Source: Candidatus Latescibacterota bacterium
Lineage (GTDB): Bacteria; Latescibacterota; UBA2968; UBA8231
DNA: 64,000 nucleotides
NCBI GenBank assembly: GCA_965217585.1
Contig: OZ244561.1
Coordinates: 6,016,001-6,080,000 of the forward strand
Direction of reading: 5' to 3'
Position 1 is the stretch's first letter; each line of letters starts with the position of its first letter. Shown piece by piece: positions 29,001 through 36,830 of this stretch. The translations under genes and the position numbers were made by a program. Below the pieces are notes generated by a model. It worked only from the letters and a program-made list of their open reading frames with translations. It was not told the DNA's origin and did no database searches.

Positions 29001-29168
29001 GAGATGGCACCGATGCACGCCGCGGCGCACAACAACTTAGGGGCGATCTACTTTCACCAGAAACTCTATACCAAGGCGAGAGCCGCCTGGGAGCAAGCGC
29101 TCAAAGGCAATCCGAATCTGCGCTCAGCGCATATCAATCTGGGCCTTCTGGATGAGAGGGGATGGTGA
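26055..29168 (+). CDS. Fused multi-TM (MFS-like) / spermidine-synthase-like SAM-fold protein with C-terminal TPRs
   Basis: 'LFLLSGGCGLIYQVVWMRML', 'PTTLMGGTLP', 'LVVGLGSGIT', 'CVEIVPGV', 'ADGINYL', 'YDVISSD'; TPRs 'AHYNLG', 'AHNNLG'. Start uncertain (TTG 26055 or ATG 26100); the ORF-track start lies inside the terminator. Confidence 0.85.
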   Translation: MSSGNDRGQYIRPILMTLFLLSGGCGLIYQVVWMRMLGFAMGSTVLAVSTVLTAFMAGLALGSFSFGRLIDRRADALKAYAYLEIGIGLCGLAMPTLLLGLSPIYVGMTRLLGDSYAALSLARFGLCFALLVVPTTLMGGTLPVLSKFFVARKEVLGWNVGVLYAVNTLGAVIGCFAAGFVLIGTVGVVETVYIAAVLNLLVAAGTLVLRAVAPDAESGLEAEPAGQKQEQRPRLPGLALLILCAFGLSGFAALGYEVIWSRILVFFVGNSTYAFSAMLTTFLLGLALGSFVAGKLADRRGDLVGAFGVVEILIGLSALVGMVLLRGTIAAEGLWVMQEQTAFSWYGEIGKMFKASFAVMFVPTLFMGATFPLASKAYVRSVQEVGRDIGAVYSVNTLGAILGAFISGFAILSWLGVQGAIIFLAAINAVVGLVILLVNRTSTARLRFVVAPLLGAAVFITAIFLPSHFVLPSDFEGKEDAVLFYQEDRAGTVKVYRKPDGHLLISVDGNTIGDTRDDLDAKQRLLAHLPLLLAPDPKSILVVGLGSGITVGAMTLYEEVELIDCVEIVPGVVEGAKYFEAHNRGVLKKPQVNVAVADGINYLLTSDGKYDVISSDAKLNPAYTGNAVFLSSDYYRLCLERLSEDGMMVQWIPLHLPQDSYQMVLRTFAEVFPYGTIWFFPGKHTILIGTRHKLEIDLARLWRRLQVSEVRGDLARFGLDHPLALLSGYRGKRADILRYVGSGELSSWNHPYIEFQTPRGLALATGKNQAGNLRGIRQIRGDIRSHLTTTAEHEFEQIREQLQRYVQSTELLIEGLAQAQESGLLSYGEAFFRQILRSHPEDRRAQYWLARSMRERRDVQKATAGVRDARAYIVLGNTFLTEGAFTKALEAFARATEIEPENAVAHYHLGVVSEYSDEGRRYGPGFARARAIAAYEKAISIRKDYVEAHYNLGVVCQHNEEGKRYGPGAQVERASAIFKRVVEMAPMHAAAHNNLGAIYFHQKLYTKARAAWEQALKGNPNLRSAHINLGLLDERGW

Positions 29169-29213
29169 ATATGCAAGAATTCTTGGACATGAAGAAAACA
29201 GCCATGCTGTGCT

Positions 29214-32108
29214 CTATTCTTTGTAGCCCAGAATGACGCGCATGAACATGGCGCTGGTCTTGCGGTTGCGGGCGCGCTGGCGCGGGTCGACAAATTGGAT
29301 CTGCTCAAATGTCAGTCCCGCATTCATAATGAGATCGTAGCCGAAGTACTCCGAGCGATTGCTGACAAAGAAGGTGTGGTTCTGGCGATTGAAACTGTTG
29401 GCTTGGTCGGTCAGATCCCTGACTTGGTATTTGAGCCCCTTGAGCGGGAATCCCTGAATCCCGCCTTTCACCGAGGTGCGCTCGGTAAGGCGATACTCGG
29501 CCTTCACAATGGGCATGAGCTGGCGCTCGTGTCCCAGCGGTACGGCGGTTTCGCGCCGCTCCTTTTTCAGGTAGAGCACCTTGAACTGCGGCATCACCCG
29601 CCAGCGCCGGCCTTTTAAGCCATAGCTGACCTTGTGTACCCCGGCCAAAAGGCGAAGGCGATCCCGGCGCTGGAAGGTGCCGTCCTCAAAGAGGGTGCGG
29701 CGCTGCTCGTTGAGCTCCAGCTTGATGCGGTTCTCTACCACCAGTCCGGCCAACGGCGTGGTGCGGCTTTCCAAGTAGGTGCGGTGCACTAGGCTGTTGC
29801 GGTATCTCAGTTCATCCGCCACGCGCCGGGAGCGAAACTGGGCAGAGTACCACTGACCCCCGGAGCTAAAGGAACGACTTGAGCCTTCGTTGAACTGCAC
29901 GGTCTCATCGGCAATATCGTCGCGCACCCGCTTGATCTCGTGCTCTACCCGGAACGCGCCGATTCCAAAGGCTGCCCCCTGGTAACTGGCGCGTCCGTAG
30001 ACCATGCGGTTGCGGTTCCCACCGGCGATTTGTTCGCTGTGCAGCCGCCCTAGGGTCAGGCGCAGATGCCGCAGCGGCTCGGCCCAACCCAGCAGGTGGC
30101 CTCCCTGCAGATCGCGGTCGTAGGGATATTCGGGGTCGAGATCGTCTTCGCGATAATCCGGCACGTCGTTGTTGTTCAGGTCGGCCCCATAGACGTAGTC
30201 GTCCGACTCGACATCGAACATCAAGAAAGGTTCCACATAGTCGGGAAGGGGGTTGTAGTTGCGGTTGGTATCGGGCAGGCCATCATGGTCCTCGTCTTTG
30301 CCGAGGAATACGCCGTCGGGGTCTTCTTCGCCGGCGAAAACGTCTCCGAGTACCATGCCCAGCCACACGTCTGGAAAGCGGTCGTGGTCGTCGTTGTCCT
30401 GCACTAGGTGGTAGATGCCGGTATTATTGGCAAAGCCCCACTCGTTGTAGGTTTCAAAGTCTTGCGGTATGTGGGCGAACATGGAGGTCTTGTAGGCCGG
30501 ATTCATGGAAAAAATCTCACCGCCCACTCCCCAGCGCTCGGCGTCTTTGGTGGCCACCAGGTACCAGGCCCGCGCTCGCTTGTCGTGCCGGGCGCCATCG
30601 AGTCCGGGATTGGGGTACTGGTTGTGTTCGACGCTGGTGGCCCATTCGCCGGCGATATCGAGGCCGAGAAAGTTCAGATTGGCGTTGACGCTGTAGAGGG
30701 ACAATCCGGTGGGTGCCCCGTACTTGACCTTTACCCAGCGCACATTAGAGAGGTCCTGGACATTGCCCGGTGCCCGGGCGACGACGCGAATGATTTCGGC
30801 GGTAAACTGGCGCTCGTACGGATCGCGGCTCCTTCCCTGCTGGTGCAACTCCGAGAGGCCTATCTGGTAGTCGTTGCCCACCAAAAAGCCCAATTCGACG
30901 GAATCGACCGCCTCGACATCGCGCATATCCAGATAGTAGATCAGGAAGTCGTCGCCATCTGCCCGGTGCACCTCGTCGGGCGGCAACAACTCGACGTTGG
31001 CGGTGAGGAGTGGGACGCTGACTCGCTTGCTCACATCTGTGCCGCGCAAATGGTCCTGCAAATAGAAATAATCGGCAAAGAGCGGAATCTCCAGAACCTG
31101 ATCTGCAACCCGAAAAAGAAAACCCCTGTGAGCCTCGTTCGGACTGGCCGTAGTGTAAAACCGCGAGGCATAGGCATTGGGCGAAAATCGGCCCGTCCCG
31201 GCACTGATGCGTCCCACCGCCGTCCGCACGGTCCTGTGGCGCACCACCTCGGGCCGCAGGTCGTCGCGCCGCTCGCCATTGACCCACACCGCCATATCGA
31301 AGACCACCGGCCCGCCGCGGCCGTCCTGCGGCGATTCGTCTGCTATTTTGATGGCCAAGATGTCCGCCGGGTCGCGGCTTATGGGCAGCGACCCCCGCAG
31401 TTCTTCTTTGCCTTGGGCGACGTTGGTGGAGTGGATGTTGACATACGTGGCACCGAGGCGGAGCAGTCCAAGGGCACGCTCGGCGTGTCCCCCTAGGATA
31501 TAGACCGGATTGAGGTCTCTGAACTCCTCGCCATCGTGTTCGCGGAAGGGGCCGTGGGGATAGCCAGGCCGGCTGACGCGCGAGCCGATGACCGAGATCT
31601 GGGTGCGCTCGGCCATCCAGTCCAGGCGCAGACCATTGAGTCCGGCCCAGTAGAAAGTCAGGGGCGTGAACATGGTGCGGATTTCATTGCCAAAGATGGC
31701 CCGCCCCGACCACCCGGCCGCGGCGTCGCTGGCCACTATCACGCGGTTGAAGATCGAGTAGTAGCGGTTGTCGCTCTTGAAGATCCAGCTATCGCTGCCC
31801 TGCTCCGCGGAGCGGTTTTCCTGCCACCAGGCCACGTCAAAGCCGCTGATCAGCCGGTCGCCCAAAGGTCCATAGTAGGTGCGGCGCGACGAGGTGTAGG
31901 GAGGGACCGCGTCGTCGTAGTTGGCAAAGGGCGTGTGGGCATAGCTGGCAAAAGCGGGGGCCGGGTCCAGCAGGAAGGGGTGATGAGCGGGGTAGATCTG
32001 GGATACGGTGGGGTGCTCTTCTCCGTCGGCGCTCTGTCGCAGATACTGGGCGGCAGCGGCAGTTGCGTAGCATAGCGCTAGGAGCAGGATTGTGGTCGGG
32101 CGTAGCAT
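29214..32108 (-). CDS. Large exported/outer-membrane protein with Asp-rich Ca-binding-like segment (paralogue family)
   Basis: 964 aa, AAAA|Q signal peptide, same conserved blocks as the other paralogues, C-terminus 'MFMRVILGYKE'. Confidence 0.75.
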   Translation of the reverse strand: MLRPTTILLLALCYATAAAAQYLRQSADGEEHPTVSQIYPAHHPFLLDPAPAFASYAHTPFANYDDAVPPYTSSRRTYYGPLGDRLISGFDVAWWQENRSAEQGSDSWIFKSDNRYYSIFNRVIVASDAAAGWSGRAIFGNEIRTMFTPLTFYWAGLNGLRLDWMAERTQISVIGSRVSRPGYPHGPFREHDGEEFRDLNPVYILGGHAERALGLLRLGATYVNIHSTNVAQGKEELRGSLPISRDPADILAIKIADESPQDGRGGPVVFDMAVWVNGERRDDLRPEVVRHRTVRTAVGRISAGTGRFSPNAYASRFYTTASPNEAHRGFLFRVADQVLEIPLFADYFYLQDHLRGTDVSKRVSVPLLTANVELLPPDEVHRADGDDFLIYYLDMRDVEAVDSVELGFLVGNDYQIGLSELHQQGRSRDPYERQFTAEIIRVVARAPGNVQDLSNVRWVKVKYGAPTGLSLYSVNANLNFLGLDIAGEWATSVEHNQYPNPGLDGARHDKRARAWYLVATKDAERWGVGGEIFSMNPAYKTSMFAHIPQDFETYNEWGFANNTGIYHLVQDNDDHDRFPDVWLGMVLGDVFAGEEDPDGVFLGKDEDHDGLPDTNRNYNPLPDYVEPFLMFDVESDDYVYGADLNNNDVPDYREDDLDPEYPYDRDLQGGHLLGWAEPLRHLRLTLGRLHSEQIAGGNRNRMVYGRASYQGAAFGIGAFRVEHEIKRVRDDIADETVQFNEGSSRSFSSGGQWYSAQFRSRRVADELRYRNSLVHRTYLESRTTPLAGLVVENRIKLELNEQRRTLFEDGTFQRRDRLRLLAGVHKVSYGLKGRRWRVMPQFKVLYLKKERRETAVPLGHERQLMPIVKAEYRLTERTSVKGGIQGFPLKGLKYQVRDLTDQANSFNRQNHTFFVSNRSEYFGYDLIMNAGLTFEQIQFVDPRQRARNRKTSAMFMRVILGYKE

Positions 32109-32122
32109 AGGCTGGCTTTCGG

Positions 32123-32161
32123 GAAGGCTTACCCAAGCGCTTTAGCCTTGGGAGCGTTCAC
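32123..32161 (+). mobile_element. Possible solo IS200/IS605 right-end remnant
   Basis: GAAG-GCTTACCCAAGCGC-TTTA-GCCTTGGGAGC-GT-TCAC resembles the right end at 16140-16172; GAAG/TCAC fits the IS608 guide-cleavage pairing rule. Confidence 0.4.
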
Positions 32162-34533
32162 CAATTGTCAAAGCCGATGGTGTCTTGACTCTCCCCGCCG
32201 ATGGGGATGGCTTTCCGACCGACCAAGGCATCTCCCGACGCCAGGGCCCGGTCGAGTTGAATCAGGCCGGCTAGGAGCTGGCCCACATCGTCCACGGCGC
32301 AGTAGTAAGGGCGGGCGGGATGGCCGCGGAACAGGCCGTTGTAATAGAGTTTGCTGACGGCTTCTCGGCCCAGTTTTCTGGCGTCGTCGAGATAGATGCT
32401 GTCGCCGGTATGGGCGTACAGATGGACGTAAAACGAAATAGCCCTGCCATAATGCCCGGCGAAGGTTCCGTACTTGCTGAACAGCCGGGCATACAATTCG
32501 TACCAGGTATCGGTGCGGCAGCCGTTTTGCGGCGGGTTGGCGCGGATGAAATCGGCCCATTTTCTCGCGGTGTCGAGCATGGTTTCATCGCCCGTGACTC
32601 CATAGGCATAGGCATAAGTTTGCGCCGCGTAGATGGGGTACTCAGAACCGTACTGATAAGGCTGCCATAAATCGATATAGCCATAGGGGATGTTGCTGCT
32701 TCCTTCGAGGCGTTGGTCGAGCAGCGCGGGGCTGCCGTCGCGCAAGTGCAGAGCGCCGTAGAACTTGCCCGTCTGCGGGTCGTAGGCATAGCTGGCGTAG
32801 GCCTGCAGATAGGTGAGCGCATAGTCGCGGAATTTCTCTACACCGATCAGTTCATAACTCTTGAGCAAATAATAGCAGTGCAGGCCCACCACTTGATGGC
32901 TGCACAGATTGATTTCAGAGGGCTTGTCCGCTTGAGCGCGGTGCTTGGCACTTTGTGCGACCTCTGGGGTGAGGTTGGTCTCCGGGTTGCGGGCCTGCCA
33001 GTGGTAGTCGGCGATCAACTCGGCTCTATCGAGGTAGGTTTGGTCCCCGGTCTTGGCGTAGAGAAAAGCCATGGCATAGATAAACAGCCCGCCGTTCATG
33101 GCAAAGGGGGCACCGCTCTCGCCAAAATTGTGGCGGTCGTGTTCGCCGGTCTGTTTGTCATTGATGTGCCACTCCCAGATGCCCTCTAGTTCCCTGTGGG
33201 TCGCCTCTGGATCGACCTGCCACAAGATCTCCCAATTGGGGTATTTAATGGCGGTTTCGTGGGGCTGTTCATACCCGTAATTCGGCTCCACTTTTTCATC
33301 GGTGAAGACGTCGTAGCAGCGGTGGCCGCCCCACCAGAACATCTCCTTGCTGTCGACAATGCCCATGGCGCAGGATAGGGACTCGGTGGCGAAGTCGGCG
33401 TAGTTGTCGTCGCCCGTGATCTTTGCGAGTTGATACAGCGCCCGGTAGGTCGGCTGGTCTTCATAGAAATCGCTCGAGCGCGGCTTCCAGTACAGGAGGC
33501 GCTTCTCTCCGCGCCACGGCACAACCGGGAACGGCGGGTACTCGACTCTGGTGGGGTCCATGCTGTCGGCGTAGAGCAAGCGCCACGAGGCCGGGACGCG
33601 ATAGGCTTTGTTGTCGTCCATCCAGAAAACCTCTACGCTCGAGACTTCCACCGGCTCGTCGAATTCGCACATCAGCCACTCGCGGGTACTGCTTAGGGCC
33701 ACGCCATTTTCTGCTTCCCCGCCAGTATCCTCATCGGTATCGCGAATGTAGAGCGGCTTTGGCCCGGCGCTCGTGCGCCGTTCCCACATGAAGACGGGAA
33801 TTTGCTCGTCGGCTACCGGGTCCGCGCTGAGCGTTGTCAGATTGTCTTTGAATCGACTCAAGAATGCTTGGCGATCGGCATCCGCGTCCTCGACTCGCGT
33901 GTCGCGACGGGGTAGGGTTTGTTCGGCATAAGTGGCGTTGTGGTGCTCAGAGCCGGCAATCCAGTAGGAGCCGGCTGTTCTGGCGGCCGCGACGGGCTGG
34001 CCATTGACCCTTAGAGCGGCAATGCCCGCTCCGGAGCCGAGTTGCAGGTCTACTTCAATGCACAGGCTGAGCGCTTTTATCTTGGTAAAGTCAACCCGGT
34101 TGATCTCGTTCTTGAACACCTCGTATCCATGGTCTGTCTCGACCGGCTTCCACTCGTATGCCTTGTGGTTGCCCCAGGCCTCGTCGCGCTCGCAATCCGG
34201 GCTTACACTGGCGTACGGAGTGGGGATGGAATGGGGCTTGGCTGGCGCTGTGTGCCGGAAGAAGGTCGGCTTGGCGTACGGCGTTGGGGCCGATAGGGGG
34301 GGATGCTCTGGACAAGTGCGGGTGCGCACGTCGAGGATGGTCACTAGGAGGGGCTGGTGCTTCTCCCCATAGCGATCGGTGCCGTACTCCATGAGCAGAT
34401 CGGCACACTCCTGCACATAGGAAAGGTAGGATCTGCGCTCCACATCGCCGGCGGAAATACCGCTTTCAAGCGGCGCGATGCCCGCCTTCTGGGTATAGAC
34501 GGTTTCCTCTTTGCCTGGGTACGTTCCCTTCAT
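32158..34533 (-). CDS. Polysaccharide lyase family 2-like (alpha/alpha-barrel) protein with inserted discoidin/F5-8C-like domain
   Basis: 'LYQLAKITGDDNY', 'FWWGGHRCYD', 'HE...YP.WEILWQVDPEAT...GIWEWHI...DRH' resemble periplasmic pectate lyase PL2; insert contains 'EWLMCEFDEPVEVSSVEVFWMDD...RVPASWRLLY'. Confidence 0.6.
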   Translation of the reverse strand: MKGTYPGKEETVYTQKAGIAPLESGISAGDVERRSYLSYVQECADLLMEYGTDRYGEKHQPLLVTILDVRTRTCPEHPPLSAPTPYAKPTFFRHTAPAKPHSIPTPYASVSPDCERDEAWGNHKAYEWKPVETDHGYEVFKNEINRVDFTKIKALSLCIEVDLQLGSGAGIAALRVNGQPVAAARTAGSYWIAGSEHHNATYAEQTLPRRDTRVEDADADRQAFLSRFKDNLTTLSADPVADEQIPVFMWERRTSAGPKPLYIRDTDEDTGGEAENGVALSSTREWLMCEFDEPVEVSSVEVFWMDDNKAYRVPASWRLLYADSMDPTRVEYPPFPVVPWRGEKRLLYWKPRSSDFYEDQPTYRALYQLAKITGDDNYADFATESLSCAMGIVDSKEMFWWGGHRCYDVFTDEKVEPNYGYEQPHETAIKYPNWEILWQVDPEATHRELEGIWEWHINDKQTGEHDRHNFGESGAPFAMNGGLFIYAMAFLYAKTGDQTYLDRAELIADYHWQARNPETNLTPEVAQSAKHRAQADKPSEINLCSHQVVGLHCYYLLKSYELIGVEKFRDYALTYLQAYASYAYDPQTGKFYGALHLRDGSPALLDQRLEGSSNIPYGYIDLWQPYQYGSEYPIYAAQTYAYAYGVTGDETMLDTARKWADFIRANPPQNGCRTDTWYELYARLFSKYGTFAGHYGRAISFYVHLYAHTGDSIYLDDARKLGREAVSKLYYNGLFRGHPARPYYCAVDDVGQLLAGLIQLDRALASGDALVGRKAIPIGGESQDTIGFDNW

Positions 34534-34658
34534 GGGTGGTTTATTCCTTTCCGGCCAGTCGTACCGTTGGAAGTTCTTAACAGTTTACATATTTTCGGCA
34601 GGTAGCCTCAAGGATTATTTTCCCCAATTGACCAATCTTAAACCAATAAAAACACAAC

Positions 34659-36677
34659 TTGTCCGATTCTTCCTCTATAGCCCCAAGCCCTGAAGAAACC
34701 TGCTCGCAGGCTCCACCTGCAGGACATACAAGCGAAGCCCGCCCTCTCATTACGCTGCGCGGCATTGCCCTGGGTGCTCTGACTATCGCCGCCATGTTCT
34801 ATTACATCGCCGAGGTGGGCCAGCGCATGGGGCTGGGCAGTTTTGTGCACTCGCAGTATCCCATGGCCGCGTTTATCCCCTTCGTACTATGGCTCTTCCT
34901 CAACCTCGTCCTCAAGCGGCTGTGGCCGCGTCTGGCTCTACACCGCGGCGAGTTGCTCACCATCTTCGCCATGACCTGGGTAGTGGGCACTATCCCGCAG
35001 TTGGGGTGGGCTACCTACTGGACCACCTCTATGGCCCTGCCGGCTTACTATGCCCGCCCCGAAAATCAGTACGCTGAGATCCTCTTTGACCTGCTTCCCT
35101 GGCACGTATTTCCCGACCCTGCACCGCGAGTGATCGACACCTTCTGGCACGGCTTGCCCGAGGGGATGCCCTTGCCCTGGGATGGCTGGCTAGGAGCAAT
35201 GGCCCAGTGGCTGGGCGTGTCCATGGCTATGGTGATTTTCGGCTTCTGCCTCTTCCTGATCTTCCAGCGCCAGTGGGTCGAAGCCGAGAAACTCACCTTT
35301 CCTCTGGCGCATATGCCCCTGGACCTGACCCGTGGTTTTGACGGACCGCACCGCATGCCCGATCTCTTTCGCTCGCGCCTTTTCTGGATCGGCTTTGGCG
35401 TGGTCTTTTTGCCCATGCTCTACAATATCGGCACCTATTTTGGGCCGGGTTTGCCGACCCTAGATATCTACCGGGGCCGCATCACCATCCCGATCAGCGA
35501 ACATCTTCCCCAGGGCCTCAAGTTGCGCCTCCTGCCGCTGATCCTGACTGTGGTTTATATGTGTCCCCTGGACATCCTCGGCAGCATGCTGGTCTTTTAT
35601 TTTTTGACCATCCCCAAGGAGTGGCTAATATGGCGCTTGGGCATTACCGTGGGTGCCGAGGGTCAGCAGATTGGGCACCCGGAGATCTTCTGGCTGGAGA
35701 GCTATGGCGGTGCGATCTTCCTGGCCCTGTGGTCCTTCTGGCTGGCGCGCCAACACCTGCGACACGTCTGGTTTTTAGTGCGTCGCGGCCGGGGTGACCC
35801 CCGCGAAGTCAACCACTATCGCCTAGCCTTGGCCGGCTTGGTGCTTGCGGGACTCTATGTGATCAACTGGAATATGAGTCTGGGCATGAGTCTGCCGCTG
35901 GCCGTGGGCGCTTTTATGCTGATGGTTCTGGTGCACTTTGTCGCCGTCAAGTTGGTCGCCGCCACCGGCTGCGCTTACCTCTTTCCCATCCACATGGAAG
36001 GGCGTTACTTCATTGTCGATTTGGTCGGCACCACCCACCTTTCAGCGCAAAGTCTGGTGGGCTTCAAAATTTTTGCCAGCACCATCTTCTTTGGCAACCA
36101 CCGCATCCCAGTATGGCCGTCGCTCATCCACATCCTGCGCATCTTCCCTTTGAACCAGCAGCCGCGTCGGGTGCTGGCGTTGGTGCTGATTGCCTTTCCG
36201 GTGGGTTTTCTGACCGCCTCCGGTGCTATGATTCATCTCGGTTACGACGAAGGTGCCGTCAATGTCTTGGCCGGAGGCGGGAGAGCCTTGGATTTCCTCG
36301 CCCATGTCTTCAACAAGGCCATGCACCTGATCCTCAATCCCACCCGGCCGGACGCGGAGAAAATCGGCCTCTGGCTCCTGGGTTTTTGCGAAGCGGCCGG
36401 TATTGCCTTTTTGCGCGCCCGTTTTCACTGGTTTCCGCTCCATCCCATTGGCGTGGTCTTCCAGTACACCTTTGCGACTTGGCTCTATTGGTTCAGCCTC
36501 TTTGTCGTGTGGATCACCAAATTTACCTTGCTGCGTTACGGCGGGGTAAAAGCCTATCTGGCCGGCAAGCCCTTCTTCTACGGTCTGTCCCTGGGCTATG
36601 TGATCGGCGTCGTGCTTTCGGGCGTGGTGGATCTGATCTGGTTCCCCGCAGAAGGCCATTCCGTGCATGGGTGGTGA
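34659..36677 (+). CDS. DUF6785/DUF6784-type polytopic membrane protein (putative transporter)
   Basis: Many TM segments; 'QRQWVEAEKLTFPL' and 'WFPLHPIG...LRYGG...PFFYGL' motifs. Confidence 0.7.
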   Translation: MSDSSSIAPSPEETCSQAPPAGHTSEARPLITLRGIALGALTIAAMFYYIAEVGQRMGLGSFVHSQYPMAAFIPFVLWLFLNLVLKRLWPRLALHRGELLTIFAMTWVVGTIPQLGWATYWTTSMALPAYYARPENQYAEILFDLLPWHVFPDPAPRVIDTFWHGLPEGMPLPWDGWLGAMAQWLGVSMAMVIFGFCLFLIFQRQWVEAEKLTFPLAHMPLDLTRGFDGPHRMPDLFRSRLFWIGFGVVFLPMLYNIGTYFGPGLPTLDIYRGRITIPISEHLPQGLKLRLLPLILTVVYMCPLDILGSMLVFYFLTIPKEWLIWRLGITVGAEGQQIGHPEIFWLESYGGAIFLALWSFWLARQHLRHVWFLVRRGRGDPREVNHYRLALAGLVLAGLYVINWNMSLGMSLPLAVGAFMLMVLVHFVAVKLVAATGCAYLFPIHMEGRYFIVDLVGTTHLSAQSLVGFKIFASTIFFGNHRIPVWPSLIHILRIFPLNQQPRRVLALVLIAFPVGFLTASGAMIHLGYDEGAVNVLAGGGRALDFLAHVFNKAMHLILNPTRPDAEKIGLWLLGFCEAAGIAFLRARFHWFPLHPIGVVFQYTFATWLYWFSLFVVWITKFTLLRYGGVKAYLAGKPFFYGLSLGYVIGVVLSGVVDLIWFPAEGHSVHGW

Positions 36678-36772
36678 GTGCCGACAAGCTGCTGGCCGCG
36701 ACGGTACAGCCAGAGATGCACTGCGGCAATACCGCGAAGACGGCTATAAGGCCCATCGGCATAGCAGTTCCC

Positions 36773-36819
36773 TTGACAGATAGGTAATAAATGATATTTT
36801 GGAACTAATTATTCCAAAA
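36773..36819 (+). promoter_or_regulatory. Sigma70-like promoter with overlapping inverted repeat
   Basis: TTGACA (36773-36778), TGnTATTTT (36792-36800); TTTTGGAA-N7-TTCCAAAA (36797-36819). Confidence 0.55.
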
Positions 36820-36830
36820 AAGAAGTAAAA

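Noticed and set aside
30408-31496. 362-aa plus-strand ORF
   Set aside because: Antisense shadow of the barrel-family gene, expected from GC-rich codon bias.
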